DNA of 64,000 nucleotides, from assembly GCF_018320785.1 (NCBI RefSeq), contig NC_054885.1, forward strand, positions 15,045,132 through 15,109,131. Reading direction: 5' to 3'. The position numbers and the translations under genes were made by a program. Shown here one piece after another: positions 40,668 to 54,089 of the stretch. Below the pieces are notes generated by a model. It had not been told where the DNA came from. It worked only from the letters and a program-made list of their open reading frames with translations, and ran no database searches. The number at the start of each line of letters is the position of its first letter. Within the stretch, counting starts at the first letter, position 1. The DNA comes from Cheilinus undulatus (lineage: Eukaryota).

Positions 40668-42699
40668 GTAAGTCACAGAATGAGATCAGAACTCTGTGTG
40701 GAATTTGCTTTGTGATGTTAATTTACAGAAATATGAAATGTATAGAAATGTCAAGGTCTGAGGTTGTCAAATTGGTGATCCTTTGATACTTTCCAAGCCC
40801 TGAGTTTTAAAGGGAAATAATTTCAGCTCTTTTATTACAATAGCATCAGAAGGGAATTACCAAAGCTTTTTTAAAAAACCCTGCAAACGATCAACCATAC
40901 TTCTTTGCAATTTTGACCTTAGATGGAAAAAATAAATAGGGAGAAATGACTTTAAAACATTTTTAAAAGCACATCATTACAAAAGCCCTGAGGACATGCT
41001 TACATTTTATTCACCTCCATTTTCATGAGATAACACGTCAGTTTGGTTGTTGAGATTTTAGGAATTAACATATCATTGGTATGCCAGGTTTACTATTCTG
41101 AGAAAAGGACAGAAATAAGTCAGAGTCTCAGAGTCAGACTCTCTTGTTGAGGGCTTCTGCAAATCATTGACTTCTTACTAGGTGTGCAAGCCAACAGCTA
41201 GCTAAACTGTTAAAGGCAAATCACTTGGTACATGGCATCAGAATTACTAGTAAGTGAAGTAATTCTTGATATTTTTATCAGCTCAGGCTCAGAATCCCAG
41301 TCAGATGCTCTGTCTAGACTTCATCACAGCCACCCACCTCTACTAGCAACTGTAGCTTTGAGTGATAGCTGCTGTCCTGCTGCCATGATTTTTCAACCTG
41401 ATGCAAACAGCGATGAGCTCATAGCACCAACAAAACCTTGTAGGAACTGTGCACTATTTTGATTCAGAGAATGAGGGTGAAGTCGTATGTCGTCTGTGCA
41501 GGGCTACAATCGCACATAACTGAAGGAGTGAGTGACAACATGTGGCACAGCTTCTAACTGCTAACATTCGCTTGTCTACCCTAATATCGCTATAATACCA
41601 TCTTAGATAAATAGTACTTGATTTAGATTTTTATTGGTGTTTCTTGACCTTTGAGCAGTCAATCAGAGATGAGTATTGATATCCAGTACTGACACAGTAC
41701 CGGTACCAACACATCCAGTACCTACTGGTCCAAATTACAACACAGATATTGATACCATCACCCGGCAAAGGTACAGAATTTATGAGACTGTGTGATTTAT
41801 GTGCATGGACTTTATGTCAGCTAAAAGTGAACATCTTTGATTTGAGGAAATAATCCCACTGACTGACACTTCAACATTATTATTGTATATAGAAGTTGTG
41901 TGTATAGAAGTTAGACCGGTTTCCTTTTCTTATCTTATGTTCTGCTGGTATCTTTCAAAGACATTTTTGCAAATCATTTATGATACCCAGACAGCTTTTA
42001 CTCCCCAGCTGACTTTCAACACGCTCATTTTTTCTCGAAACAGTATTGACTTTGGGCACCGGGACCTATAAAAACTGTCTATGTTGGGCTGAAAGATTTG
42101 GGAAAATAATGTAATTGTGATTTCTTTAACCTGACATTTTGATAATATGCAGTTATTTCTTAAGTTCCTCATCTCATGTATTTTCCAACAAAAACAAGCA
42201 ATAATCCAATCTATACCACAGCCAACACAGTATAAAATAGATTAAACTAGGGCTGAACAATTGTAAAAAAAAATATCTAGTTGTGATGATTTTGACTCAT
42301 TTTGCAAATTGGATATGAACTGTTGTATTAAAGATTGATAATTTTTATGTAATTCTCATATTTAAGATGACAAACATTTAAAAAATGAAGAAAATAGGAT
42401 TTTTTTGTACACTATTCTAAAAATATGTCACTAGAATGATTGCCTGATATGTAATGTATAACAGCTCTGTTGCAAAAAACAATTTAAACTGGTATTTTGA
42501 CACAAATTTTAGGTCAAAGAAATATTGCACCTTCTATGATTTGAAAATTGCAACAGGCCATATTGTGATTTAATCTAAATTGCGATTAATTTCCCAGCCC
42601 TACTATGTATCAGGAGAATATCAATACTCTGCCACAGTGATTTTTCACTGACATGGATTTGTGATAGATGATTAGCATGATAATGCTAAAAGAGAGTCA

Positions 42700-42880
42700 T
42701 GTGCGCTGGGTTGGCTCAGTGGCTAGAGGCGGCCGCCCTGTGCAGAGGCTGGAGTCCTCTGGAGTCCATTGGTCATGGGATCAATTCCTGGTCTTGACAC
42801 TGTTTGGTGCATGTCCTGTGTTTCCTGTCTCTCTTCAGCTGTCCTACCTGATTAAAGGCAAAAATGTCCAAAAAAAATCA
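42700..42880 (+). repeat. tRNA-derived SINE (GGGTTGGCTCAGTGGCTAGAGG...GGGATCAATTCCTGG...CTGTCCTACCTGATTAAAGGCAAAAATG)
   Basis: A-box/B-box-like segments and the conserved fish SINE tail. Confidence 0.55.
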
Positions 42881-43437
42881 TCTTTAGAAAAAAGAAAAAG
42901 ATATTTCTGCAGATATTATCTGGCTATAAAAATCTGGCTATATGAGCTGTAAAAGTTGGCTGTATGATTAAGTTTAAAAAGGGCTATGTATAATTAATGC
43001 TGTTATCACTGAATGATCTGCTTTTCATGATTCACCTTTAAATTGGTGAAAAACAGTAAATTACTATTTTGAATTTATTTAAGTTTTTTTTTTTGCCCTT
43101 ATTTGGAGAGGACAGGGCAGAGAATATTGTTAGAAATCAGACAGAGAGGGGAATGACCAGCAAGAGAAGAGCCATGAGTCAGATTGGAACCTGTGCTGCC
43201 CACTTGGAAGAGTAGCTTCTGTTTATGGGGCGTGGTGTAACAGTATTCTGTGCAAGTCTTTCTTAAGGCCCAGTTTGAAGCCTGTGAAGTTAACTCAAAT
43301 GGAAAACATCAAACCTAAATTTTAATTCATCTAATGATGATGCAAGACTGAGAAAATTCTCAGGTTTAAAAAGTTTGTAGATGTTTTCTCATTACCTCAT
43401 CAAAATATCTTTACTAAATCTCTGTCTGTGTGTCCAG

Positions 43438-43531
43438 GTGTGCTCAGACTGCAAACAGACAGGTGCAATCATGGGATGTTTCCAGAAGGGCTGTGAATTA
43501 AACTACCACTACAGATGTGCCATCCAGTCAG
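43438..43531 (+). CDS. rai1: RAI1-family extended-PHD exon (VCSDCKQTGAIMGCFQKGCELNYHYRCAIQS)
   Basis: Acceptor TGTCCAG and donor GTACAG; phase 0 in. Matches human RAI1 [28 protein letters not shown]. Confidence 0.75.
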
Positions 43532-43683
43532 GTACAGTTTAAAGCCCTTACAGTATAAAAGCATAAATATAAAAGTGAAAGAGAAGATGTGTCAGTATGT
43601 CATAATATTTTAAAACAAACATCACCTCTTCCTCACTGACTTTAAAGCTTTCACATGTAGTTTATTTCTGTCTTTGTTTTCAG

Positions 43684-43733
43684 GTTGTGTATTAAACGAA
43701 GAAAACTTTTCAGTTCTCTGCCCGGAGCACAAG
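43684..43733 (+). CDS. rai1: RAI1-family extended-PHD exon (GCVLNEENFSVLCPEHK)
   Basis: Acceptor TTTTCAG and donor GTAAAC. Matches RAI1/TCF20 ...EENFSLKCPKHK. Confidence 0.75.
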
Positions 43734-44485
43734 GTAAACACTTGCAGTGTGAGGAGCTGAGTGGCCTCTGGGGGGCGCTGCTGTAGTCCTGAATTGTTCT
43801 ACAGTGGTATAAAGGTGTAGATGTGTGTGTGAATTGTTGAAGTTGGTGCATGATGGTGATGTACTCTAAAGATAGAAAGGAGACTGACACACATCAGAAT
43901 AGAAGTGTTTAAGATTTCCACAAAGATTATAATGAAGCAAAATAAAAAGTCAGTGTTATCTAATGTCAGACAACCTGAACTTCACACACTTTTAACCCAA
44001 CAGTGTAATGTTACAGTTGATGTCACATTCTGCTCTCTAAAATCAGACAAAGTTATGATGTGGGGTTTATTTTGGTTGATGTGTGGAATAAAATAAAGTT
44101 TGTTTATATGTGTTTGTTTAAAACAGAACAGGATGTTCAGTACAGTAACCAGACGACACAGGAGGTGACACAGACGGGACACTGCAGGTATAATTTATTT
44201 CTATTTATTTGTCTCTCTGCAGTTGTAGCAGTCTGTTTGAATAGATTTCAAAATATGTGAACATTTTTATTCACATCCATTTTATTCATTGTTTTTCTTA
44301 AGTTCCTAACTGGATTGTAAAAATGAAGCACTTCCTGTTTGTAAAATCTGTGCTGGATGTCGTTTTCTCACTGGAACCACATAAAAGCTGCTGATTGTTC
44401 CAACAGGCTGAATCACTGAGAGAAAATAGCTGATGGATTCAAAAATTGCCTAACTTTAAATGTGATTTCTTGTCCTTTTTTTCAG

Positions 44486-44518
44486 ATGACTCCACAGATC
44501 TCCTCAGGGTGCGACTAG
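44486..44518 (+). CDS. rai1: candidate terminal coding exon of the RAI1-family gene (MTPQISSGCD*); an alternative candidate is 44127-44168 (NRMFSTVTRRHRR*)
   Basis: Strong polypyrimidine acceptor TTTTTTTCAG, phase 0, and AATAAA at 44675-44680 downstream. Neither candidate can be confirmed from sequence alone. Confidence 0.25.
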   Translation: MTPQISSGCD

Positions 44519-45599
44519 TTGTGCCTAACTTCACCTCTGCTGTTTATAACACTGAGTAAAGTGTGCGTGTTTGTGTTGATGTTGAAGGAGTGTGTGTATG
44601 CGTGAGCGAGTGTATTTATTTCCCCTCTTGTTTCAAACTCACCCTGTCACAAACCCAGTTTATCTTATCAACATAATAAAAGTGATATTTTAGAGTTTAA
44701 ATGATTCTGTTTTTGTTTAGAAGATCTTTGTATAAGCTAATGTTTTTTTCTACAGTTTTTGTACTTTTCTATCACTGTTACAGCTGCAGTTATCACACAT
44801 AACACAAATATAACACTTTATTTATTATGAGCAGACTGCATGTTTGCATTTGTGCACTTTACTTTATAATTTGATGGTTAAATATGCCTTTCATTGAATT
44901 TGTTTTGACCTTTTTACCAAATGTATTTAAATTTTATTAAAGCTGCAAAAACATAAATATTGATGTAAATAAAAATGTGTACGTCTTGTTTAAAATCACA
45001 CTATAGTTTTACAGCTGAGGACATCCCCTTTACCTGGGAGGCAAAGTTAACTTATTCATTTTACACTAAGTTTTGTTCCATGGATGTTTGATTCTGCTCA
45101 CAACAATCGAAAATAAAGAGCCTCAAACATAACAGAACATCTGACAGAGTTCACAACAGAAAAATATGCAAACACCACAGTTTAGTGGAGAACTTTCTCT
45201 TATGTGACTGGGTCAGTTTAACTAAATCACAAATTAATCCATGACTTTGCATTGTCTGGTATCAGATGATTGATTGATTTAAATTTGTGGAATAACTCGT
45301 TAAGAAGCACAGGAGCAGGATTCAACCTCGATGATTTCTTTGAATTGACTTTTTAAAATGATGGATTTGTATTTGATGTACATTCTGAACATTTCTGTTT
45401 TTATTGCTTTCATGTGAAGCTGCAGCTTTGATTTCTTACTTTATTGAACCTGAATTGTTTCTGATTTCTTGAAAAATAACATTGATTTAACATTTGACAC
45501 AGTGAAAGGGTTTCATCTGCAGCACCACTTCATTATTTCATATTCATTTTTTTCCTACAAATGTGAGCAGACCTTGTTTGTTGGACTCAAATTGGAAAC

Positions 45600-46660
45600 T
45601 AATTAAACCTGTTTTCTGATCAGTGTGTGGCAATCTCAATTTGTGGAAATTTCTAAATATTTTGATCAGCATTTCATCAAAGTTTTAAGACACTTTTGCA
45701 AGAATGTAAGGATTTCTCTTTAAAATTTCAGATAATAGACAATTTATGTTCAGGCATTATCTAAAATTTACTCTGAAATTTCAGATTTTTAAAATGAAAT
45801 ATTTGATGAAATCTTCCCTGAAGAATTTTATCAAGATTTTGTGTGTGTGAAGATTTCATTTAAAAAATTTGACTATACAGATTTTTTTTAAAATTCAGAA
45901 GTATGTATTTTACTTTGTGTTCAAAAAGAAATTTGAAAAGATTTTTATCTAAATGTAGGTGAAAATGGGATTTTTTTAAGAGATTTTCTTTCTTTTTTTA
46001 ATTTGGATTTTTAATGAGAATATTTAAAGCATAAACATCCAAAAATATTTGGAAAATTTGCAAATATCATCTGAAATGTACATGCACTGCTTAAACAAAC
46101 AGCTTTCATCGCACTTTTCATCAGAATTTGTTGAAATATGTTTCTAAAATCTTAATGTAAAATTTTCAGCAGAAATTTGTGATTTTTTTTTTTTTTTTTT
46201 TTTTTTTTGCTTGCCTTTTTTTTTTTTTTTTTTTTTTTTTCTTTTTGACATTTCAGGATTTATTTATGTGTGTGTCTGTTTGTTTTGGGTGTTTTGATGT
46301 AAATTTTCATCAGCATTTTTGTGAGATTTCCTCAGTTATTGTCATTTCAAATTTTCTTCCAAAAATTTAGATTAAAGGTTTTTTATTTATTTATTTATTT
46401 TTTATTTATTTATTTTTTAAGAAAATGTTAGATATTTTAAAATAAGCTTTTTGTTGGGAAGTATCCAAACATTCATGGAAAATTTCCTGCCCAGTTTTTT
46501 TATGAGATATTTCAGGGAATTTATGTCTAAAATTTTGATGAGAAATTTCCAGTTGCTGTTTTCTTTGGATATTTCCACCAGAAATCAGAAATTCAAAACT
46601 CCATTCTCCCTAGAAGAAATGACAGTGGAATTTAGGCCTTTTAGTGTGTAAAACAGCAGC
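45600..46660. repeat. Tandem repeat region of the same family, plus a T-homopolymer at 46183-46250
   Basis: Reiterated ...TTTCAGATTTT/AAAATTTCATCAAAG... units and a ~65 nt T/C-rich run. Confidence 0.55.
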
Positions 46661-48579
46661 CACAACAGTCCTTGAGCTAATTCCAAATAGAAATGACAAA
46701 ATGTGACAAAATCAGGACATAATTAAACTTTTGACACACACCCTGTGATATCTAAAGGTTAAAAAGCAAGAAGGGGGTGAGAAAGACAAGGACACTAATG
46801 ACTGAATGGATGAGAACGAGTTATCTGCTTCTCTCTTGTTTTTGCTCAAAATAAGGTGCATCACAAAAGCTGCATCCTCATCTCATGCCAGTTCAAGAAA
46901 AAGGCCTGTTTGATCAATCTGTTGTTCCATCTCACAGCCAGAGATCTTTCTAGAGATCTTTTCTTCTTGCATTTGGCTGTTTTAGCTTGTGAGATGATAA
47001 AAAGAACTGAAATAGAGGAAAACACAACGAGGTAGAGAGAAAGAGACAGGGTAGAAATTGAGCTTTGTCTCCTCTAGCCTCATGAATCCTCAGAAAACAC
47101 ATTTTTCAAAACAATTTATTACTTTAGAAGAAAGGGCATGACATATATACAGTATACAATATATATATGTATATATAACACTCTTCAAACATACTATCTT
47201 TCCTTGCTGTATAATACATTTAGTACATCAGACTTTGCACTGCAAGTCCTGTCATGATACATACTCATACATTTACATATAGAGAGATCTCCTAGTCTAG
47301 GTTCATTTGCTTACCACAGGGTTCTTTGTCTTTTTCTTTAAAATGAATAATTGCAACATGTTTTAGCTGCCTTTAGCTTGTAGCGGCCACATAGAGAGTT
47401 CTCATATTAGGCAGCAGGAAGCCCTTTGCCCAGATAATCTTTCAATACTGGACTCGTTTGAACCCTGGGATAAACAAAATTGTCATCTGGGTTGAAAAGC
47501 AGACTCTGAAATCCAGCACTGGCTCTGGTCCGGCTCGTCTTTGGCTCACACACACTTTTTAATTTTACCGCAGTGACTTGTGCATCACATGTTAAAATAT
47601 TCCTGATAGATTTTCTTGTAAATTTGGCCACTACATCCACAGCCCGTCAGGTAATACTGCTAATTGTAGCTAAGAATGTGTATTTTGTTGAGCTGGAACA
47701 CACAGCGTGTGGTCAGAGTCCCTTTTCCACCCATTTTTCATTTAAAAATCATATTCTCTAATGTCTGCAAAACCAGCTGCTTTCAACAATTTAACTACAC
47801 AAAATCCCCAAAGTATCATTCAATGCTGACACAGTCTGAATATAAAAAATAAATCCTTACATAGTATACATTTGCTTATAGAACCCACCTGGACTTGACA
47901 TGGGGATATAAATTAAAAAGAATTAAACTATTTTCACATTTGAAGTAAAAAAAAAATAAAAAATAAAAAATAAATTTGGTAACGAGAACAAAAACTCCAC
48001 AACATTCATTTTACACAAAAAAGTGCATCTGATTGAAAACTGATCCTTAAGCTATAAAGGGAGTGTTTGGTCCAGACACACTAGAAAATAAAACCTTCTA
48101 AATTAAGGCCTGAAGTTGAAAACCATAAAATAAGCATTGTTCGCCTCTTAACATAAAAACCAAGCTCATAGTAAAGCCTTTTACTGCTATTATCTGGCAC
48201 TTTGTCTGCTGATAATACCTTCAACACTAAAGAGCTCAAGCAGGAGCTCTTAGACGGATATGTCACAAGTAAAGGACAGAAGAAGACTGGGGAAAAGGAA
48301 TTTAAAGGAAAAGCACCCTCAGTTTGTCTTGAAAGGTTACAGAGCTAACTCACATTTTCTATGGGAGTTTATCTGGCTAGAATGGTGTGACACAAATGCT
48401 GTTGAAAACAAAAACAGTAGCTTAACAGCTGGGTGTTCGAGAGTCTCTACACATGAATTAAACATTTCTGCATCAGAACAAAATCTGTTTCCAATGTTGT
48501 GACTGAATTTCCACGCAGCTACTGTGCCCATAAAAAGAACTAACCCCCTTTCATTGATTTCATTAATTAATCTTAAACA

Positions 48580-48860
48580 ATATATTTTTCCTTTTTGCCC
48601 AGACCTCAATCCTATAGAGAATTTGTGGCTGGACTTGAGAAGAGCCTGATCCCAGTGCAACCTGACCACGCTTGAGCAGGTTGGCAAAGAATGGAGAAAA
48701 AATGTCTAGCTGTGCTGTGATTGTGGCTGAGGGTGTTTTCACTTTAACATTAAAGGGATTTTTTTTGGTATATTTTGGTCAAAAAGCCAAATTATATTGA
48801 CTGTGATTGATTTATAAAATCAATAATATGGTAAAACATAAAAGAGGTGAAAACATTTTG
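48580..48860. mobile_element. Tc1-like 3' end fragment
   Basis: CAGACCTCAATCCTATAGAGAATTTGTGGCTGGACTTGAGAAGAGC (from SPDLNPIENLW) and a terminal-inverted-repeat-like TTGATTTATAAAATCAATAATATGG...GTGAAAACATTTTGTGGCACTG. Confidence 0.55.
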
Positions 48861-50934
48861 TGGCACTGAAGCTGGAAATGACATTTGTCCTTGTTGGCTT
48901 TGTGAAATAAAGAAATTTAAATTAAATTTTGTATGAACTACAAAAATAAAATGAATTAACACTGATGCAGTTTTTCACTCATAATAAGAATGACAGCTGA
49001 AAATTTCTCTACTTTATGAAAAAGTTATTTTTCCAAAAGTATAAAATTGGATATAAAAACTTGTTTTGCAAAAATGTAAAATGTCTTTCGTCCAGGTTAT
49101 TAGCAGCATGTTTACATTATTCTGGCCCAGTTATATCTCTTCTTAAGGCTTGTGGCCACAGTTTTCTAGCTGGTAGGTCCGTATTTTCTACACAAAACCA
49201 ACATAGGTCAACATTTTCACCACTTTCATCATCCTAGGTTAAAATATGGCCACATTAGCTGTGTTATGCACTGAGACCTCTCACAGTTTTGAATAGTTAA
49301 ACTTTTGGCCACTGCTGCACTTCTATGTCCTTCTACCCCACCAACCAATCAAAATCAAGAAGGAGGTGGACCTCTAACAACAATTGACTGTCACACTTGT
49401 TTCTTATAGGGTAAAGTTTCCAGACAACACAATTCCTTTCCTTTTTGAAATATTAACTTTGTGAAATTTCCTAAATAATTCAAAAATTCAGGATATAGAA
49501 AGCAATTTTAAACAGACTTAAGCCAAGGACAGAGTGTACAATTTAGGCACAATTACACCTCATTTATAAGGATTCAGGTACTGTTGGCACCAAAAATTGG
49601 TAGTTTCATTCTTTACAGTAGTAAATGACAGTCAAGGCTATTTCATCTCACATCCTCCAATGCAAAAGCGAGCGTGTGTGATGTTTGTTTCTGATTCTCT
49701 GATTTGTTCTGTCACATTAGCTGAATTTTAAGTGCAGTCGTGGGGAGGAGGGTTTCCGGTTTGGGGACCTCAGAATTTAATCTCTACTGTTTTCATTTTT
49801 TTGTCATGAAAATCTTTCTGCACTGTTCTTTGCTCTTTATTTGACACAGAAATGTGGTCCAGCTCTGATAAAACTGCAAGGCTAAATGCTACACTGGCGA
49901 CAGCCACCGCTATCTGCATTCCATTGCAACTAAACCCCGCCTCCTTCTCTCCTAAAATGATGCTGATTGGTAAGGTCCCTTCTCAGAACGGGCTTAATCG
50001 ATTGGAGCTTTGCAAGATGTATCTACCTGATGACAGACATGGAATCTGGCCAGTCTGCTATTCAATTTAACTGCCAAAACATAAACCTGTTAGGGGTGTG
50101 GACACAGGCCCTTAGACATCCTTCTGAGTTTTCCAGGATCATCAGATAAATATTTCTGAGCTGCTTTATCACAAATTTAACAGTAATAGAAGGAGTGATG
50201 CTGCAGTGTATTATAGTCCACTAAGAATGCTGTCAGTAGAAGAGGTTGTATTGTTAATTTTGACTCAATGCTGTCTTAATTGCAAAAAACAAGGAAACTT
50301 AGCTAAACATTGTTCTTCTATTAAACTCCAGTGTAGCTGCTCTACACGTGTACATTACTCTTCTGTCTTTCAAACATGCAGTCAGAAATCTAGTCTGCAT
50401 CGGAAATAGCTTAATTGGCTTTCATGGGGTTCAAGAGTGGAATTTCTTTAAAAAAAACAGACATGAGTGAAAAACAAGGAGAAAACCCTTCCCAGCAGGG
50501 TTTAAACCCCACTGGGCAAACTTGAGATTGAAGCTGCTGTAGCTTTAAACCGGTGCTGAGCTAAAAGTTTATGAAGCTCCTACAGAAAGTAAACTCTGGA
50601 GAGGAAACTTTGTAAAGACACAACCGGTGCATAAATGATGGAGGGCATCATTAGGAGTGTTTGTGTGACAGATCAGCAGCCCACCAGATGCTTAGTCTGT
50701 TTGTTTGCCCCACTGGTGAGCATGAGGGCTGTCGCTGGGCACGAAGGCACTGATGATGTAAAATGTCTGGATGTGTGCAAAGATCTCATTGAATCATTTG
50801 AACAGTTGCTAAAGTTTGGTAAGTTTAACATAACACTGACTTCTAGACCACTTCCTGGTCTCCATTCCTGCTCTGGATGTGTTCAGAGAGGCTACAGATA
50901 CTGCTGAGGCGACTGTGCCAACCAGGCAGGCTCA

Positions 50935-51163
50935 TCAGCACAGAATCTGGGAGAAGGGATGTCTGAGCAGCTCCTCTGCGCTGGGTCTGTGTTTGGCCTC
51001 CACAAAAATGCAGCTGATGAAGTTCTGCGCCTGGTCCGAGGTGTGCGAGGGCAGCAGAGGGTTGGTGGGCTGTGTGGCGATCTTGAATATGGCGGCCATG
51101 GCCTCAAATTCAGCCCAGGGAGGTTTTTCTGTCAACATTTCTACCACCGTACAGCCCAGACTC
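50935..51163 (-). CDS. map3k3: map3k3 last coding exon ([76 protein letters not shown])
   Basis: Acceptor TTTTCCAG; stop TGA is the reverse complement of 50935-50937. Kinase subdomains IX-XI of MEKK2/3. Residues [10 protein letters not shown] favour MEKK3. Confidence 0.8.
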
Positions 51164-51882
51164 CTGGAAAAGAAAAAGTGCATTCTGAAGCAGAGTCACA
51201 TAACAAGCTGAAACAAATAACCACGTATTACGTCTCAGCGGCCCCACATCTAAGCTCTAAAGGAATGTTTTGAGTGTAAACTCTCATTCTCCTCCTCCTG
51301 TCTGGGAGGTAAAAGCCCTCCTGGAAGGATAACTCCCCGTCCAGCATGGGACATACCAGCCCCTCATACGACCTGTCTGACTGGCTTACAGCCAATCACA
51401 TCACTCCTCGTCACAACTTGTTCAGTACATAAGAGAAAATGAACTGCTCTGTGTGGGGGAGACATGGTGTGAAGTAGGTTACATACAGAAAACTATTTCA
51501 GCATTCTGCATGGCTCATCCTGACAACTCCTGTTGCAATGTTTCTCTTTAAATTAAAGCTCCAATGAGGAATTTTAAGATAGTGTGGAGTTTGGCACCCC
51601 CCTGTGGACTAAATGGTATCTCTAATCACTACTGCTTTTGTCTGTACATGTACAAGGTATTCTTTTTCAACCAAAAAGGGGGTGTAAAATAAATCACAAT
51701 TTCACCATTATGGAAATAAAGGCTTTTACACTAAACACATTAAAAGAGTCTTGATTTATCACAATAAATAAGAAAAAACTACTCTAGGCAAAAAAGAAAA
51801 ATGTTCTAACTTAGCATGTGTACATTTTAAGATGCTCTCACAGCATTTTAATGCCATCAGACAAAATTCAAGATGGGTTTAA

Positions 51883-52190
51883 GCCAGTGGTTCTCAACAG
51901 GTGGGTTGGGACCCAAAAGTGGGTTGTGAAGCCCTTTTCAGTTGGTCGCTGATGTGTGCCTGAGAAAAAAGTTGCGCAAAACTGTCTATGAGACGCTATA
52001 AAACATGCATTTTTTTACCTTTTTTCATTGTTTTTTTACACCTTTTGTACTGTCTTAGGCCCAGTTTGTACTATTTTTTATTCAAAACATCTGATTAACC
52101 AAAAAGATCTCCAAAATTTGGGTCGCGATTCTCCTTGAGGGGTTGATGGTGGGTCCTGTGACTCAACCAGTTGAGAATCACTGGTTTAAG
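51883..52190. mobile_element. MITE (~310 bp) with ~40 bp terminal inverted repeats (GCCAGTGGTTCTCAACAGGTGGGTTGGGACCC ... GGGTCCTGTGACTCAACCAGTTGAGAATCACTGG)
   Basis: A perfect-looking inverted repeat pair flanks an AT-rich non-coding core. Related half-sites occur at 13495-13540, 15600-15670 and 16330-16385. Confidence 0.6.
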
Positions 52191-52844
52191 CAACTGCCGA
52201 TCCAGTGCTAAAAAAATAACCTAAAGTTATTTTGGATTCACAAGAACCATGTTGTAAATTGCTTAAGCTAATAGGACTCTTTAATATTAGTTTATCACAC
52301 CTCATATCATTTTCATCATTTTGAAAATTGGTACTGCACATCAATTTTTTTCTCATATGGTGCAGGCCTAACATAAAAATAGAATATAAGTCCAATATAA
52401 CAAAAATGTGATTGTAAGATTCAAGTTAATTTCCTATTTTTAAGCCTTTAGAAACTCCCTGAATTTATTTGGAATTATGTCACGTGTAATTTCATACCAT
52501 AATATACAGATCAGAAGGAAAAGATTTTACAACGGCATCAGCCAATTCAGACACAAATTTTTAGTCATACAACTTGCTTGAAAGTTACGTCAACTTTCAT
52601 CCTGATAGGGTGTCGTTTGGTATGGGTATGTTATCTAATGAACAAATTGTTCTGTCAGTTACATGTTTTTATCATGCACTTCCACTTTCAAAGAAGTTCA
52701 AGCACTTTCTAAACCTTAAAAACACAATATAATTCAGGCATTTCAAGCACCTGTATGAACCCTGTAAAAGGTAAATAAAAAGTAAAAATTGTAGTAAAAG
52801 TAGATAGTGACAGGAAAGGCAGCAGCATATATCTTCAGCTCTTA

Positions 52845-53024
<180 letters not shown>

Positions 53025-53147
53025 TTAACAGCAGAGTTGACAAGAAACATAAAAATATTATGTCACCACTGAGCTGCCGTGTCAGCAAACAGAAACTCCC
53101 ACAATAATCCGGTGTTTAAAGAGGCCTCTGTAGTTCAACAGGACTAC

Positions 53148-53277
53148 CTTTGATGTCCCTGTGTACGATCATGTTGCTGTGCAGGTACGACAGTCCTTCT
53201 AGGATCTGTCTCGTGTATTTCCGGGTCACGTTTTCTGTCAGCGCCCCGTAGGCTTTGAGCTGGTCTTTGACTGAACC
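53148..53277 (-). CDS. map3k3: map3k3 exon ([43 protein letters not shown])
   Basis: Acceptor TATCAG and donor GTAGTC. Contains the catalytic loop HRDIKG. Confidence 0.85.
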
Positions 53278-53767
53278 CTGATAGGATGGGAGGGAAAACA
53301 GAAATTCAGGAAAGTGAGTTAAACATCTTATGTTCCACTGTCCCAACATATTTTGATTTGTCAGGGAATTGGGAACAAATCCACAACCAAAACAAAGTTC
53401 TTTAAAAGTTTCCTGGAAAAGTTCCTGCTTTTGAAAGAGCTATAAGTATTTCCTTTCAAAACATTGGGCACAATTTCAGGTAGAAACCTGATCAGCCTCT
53501 TCTCTGCATGTCAAAACATATTTATATCACAGAGTTAATTCATGAAAGCTTAATGTTTTAATTTGTTTTCCTTATTTCTTCACTTTATTCTATTATGTAA
53601 TTGGCTTAGTGTCTTGACTTTAAATTACAGCCTTGCATTATGACTTAAAATGCAATTAGAAAGAAAAACAAAAACATACTGCTGCAGAATCCACTTCTTT
53701 GTCTCAACATGCAAACACTGCTCTAAACCGTTGTTTAAAGTGAGATATTAAAGTGGGTAAGACTCAC

Positions 53768-53899
53768 CCCTGGCATGTACTCCATGAAAATAGTGAGGGT
53801 CTTCTCATTGCGGTCCCTCAGACAGCCGTAGTACTGAACAATGCGCTCATGATGCAGATTTTTTAGCAGCTGGATTTCACACTCCAAAGCGCCGACCTC
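53768..53899 (-). CDS. map3k3: map3k3 exon ([44 protein letters not shown])
   Basis: Acceptor CTACAG and donor GTGAGT. 132 nt, phase 0. Confidence 0.85.
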
Positions 53900-54089
53900 C
53901 TGTAGTAAAAACAAAAGGCTGTCAAATAACACACTAAAGATTTAAACAATCCCTGTGTGATACTGGATTTTTGCTGATAACCAATATGCTCATATTTCAG
54001 CCGATACTATAACATATACAAATTTTTTTTCATTGTAAAAACACTAGCCTCTTAAAGTCTTACTTGTCACTAATTTTTGTCATCAAATA

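Noticed and set aside
39022-40676. Six minus-strand ORFs of 64-99 aa inside the large RAI1-family exon
   Set aside because: They are antisense frames of a long coding exon. They are not conserved and have no splice signals.
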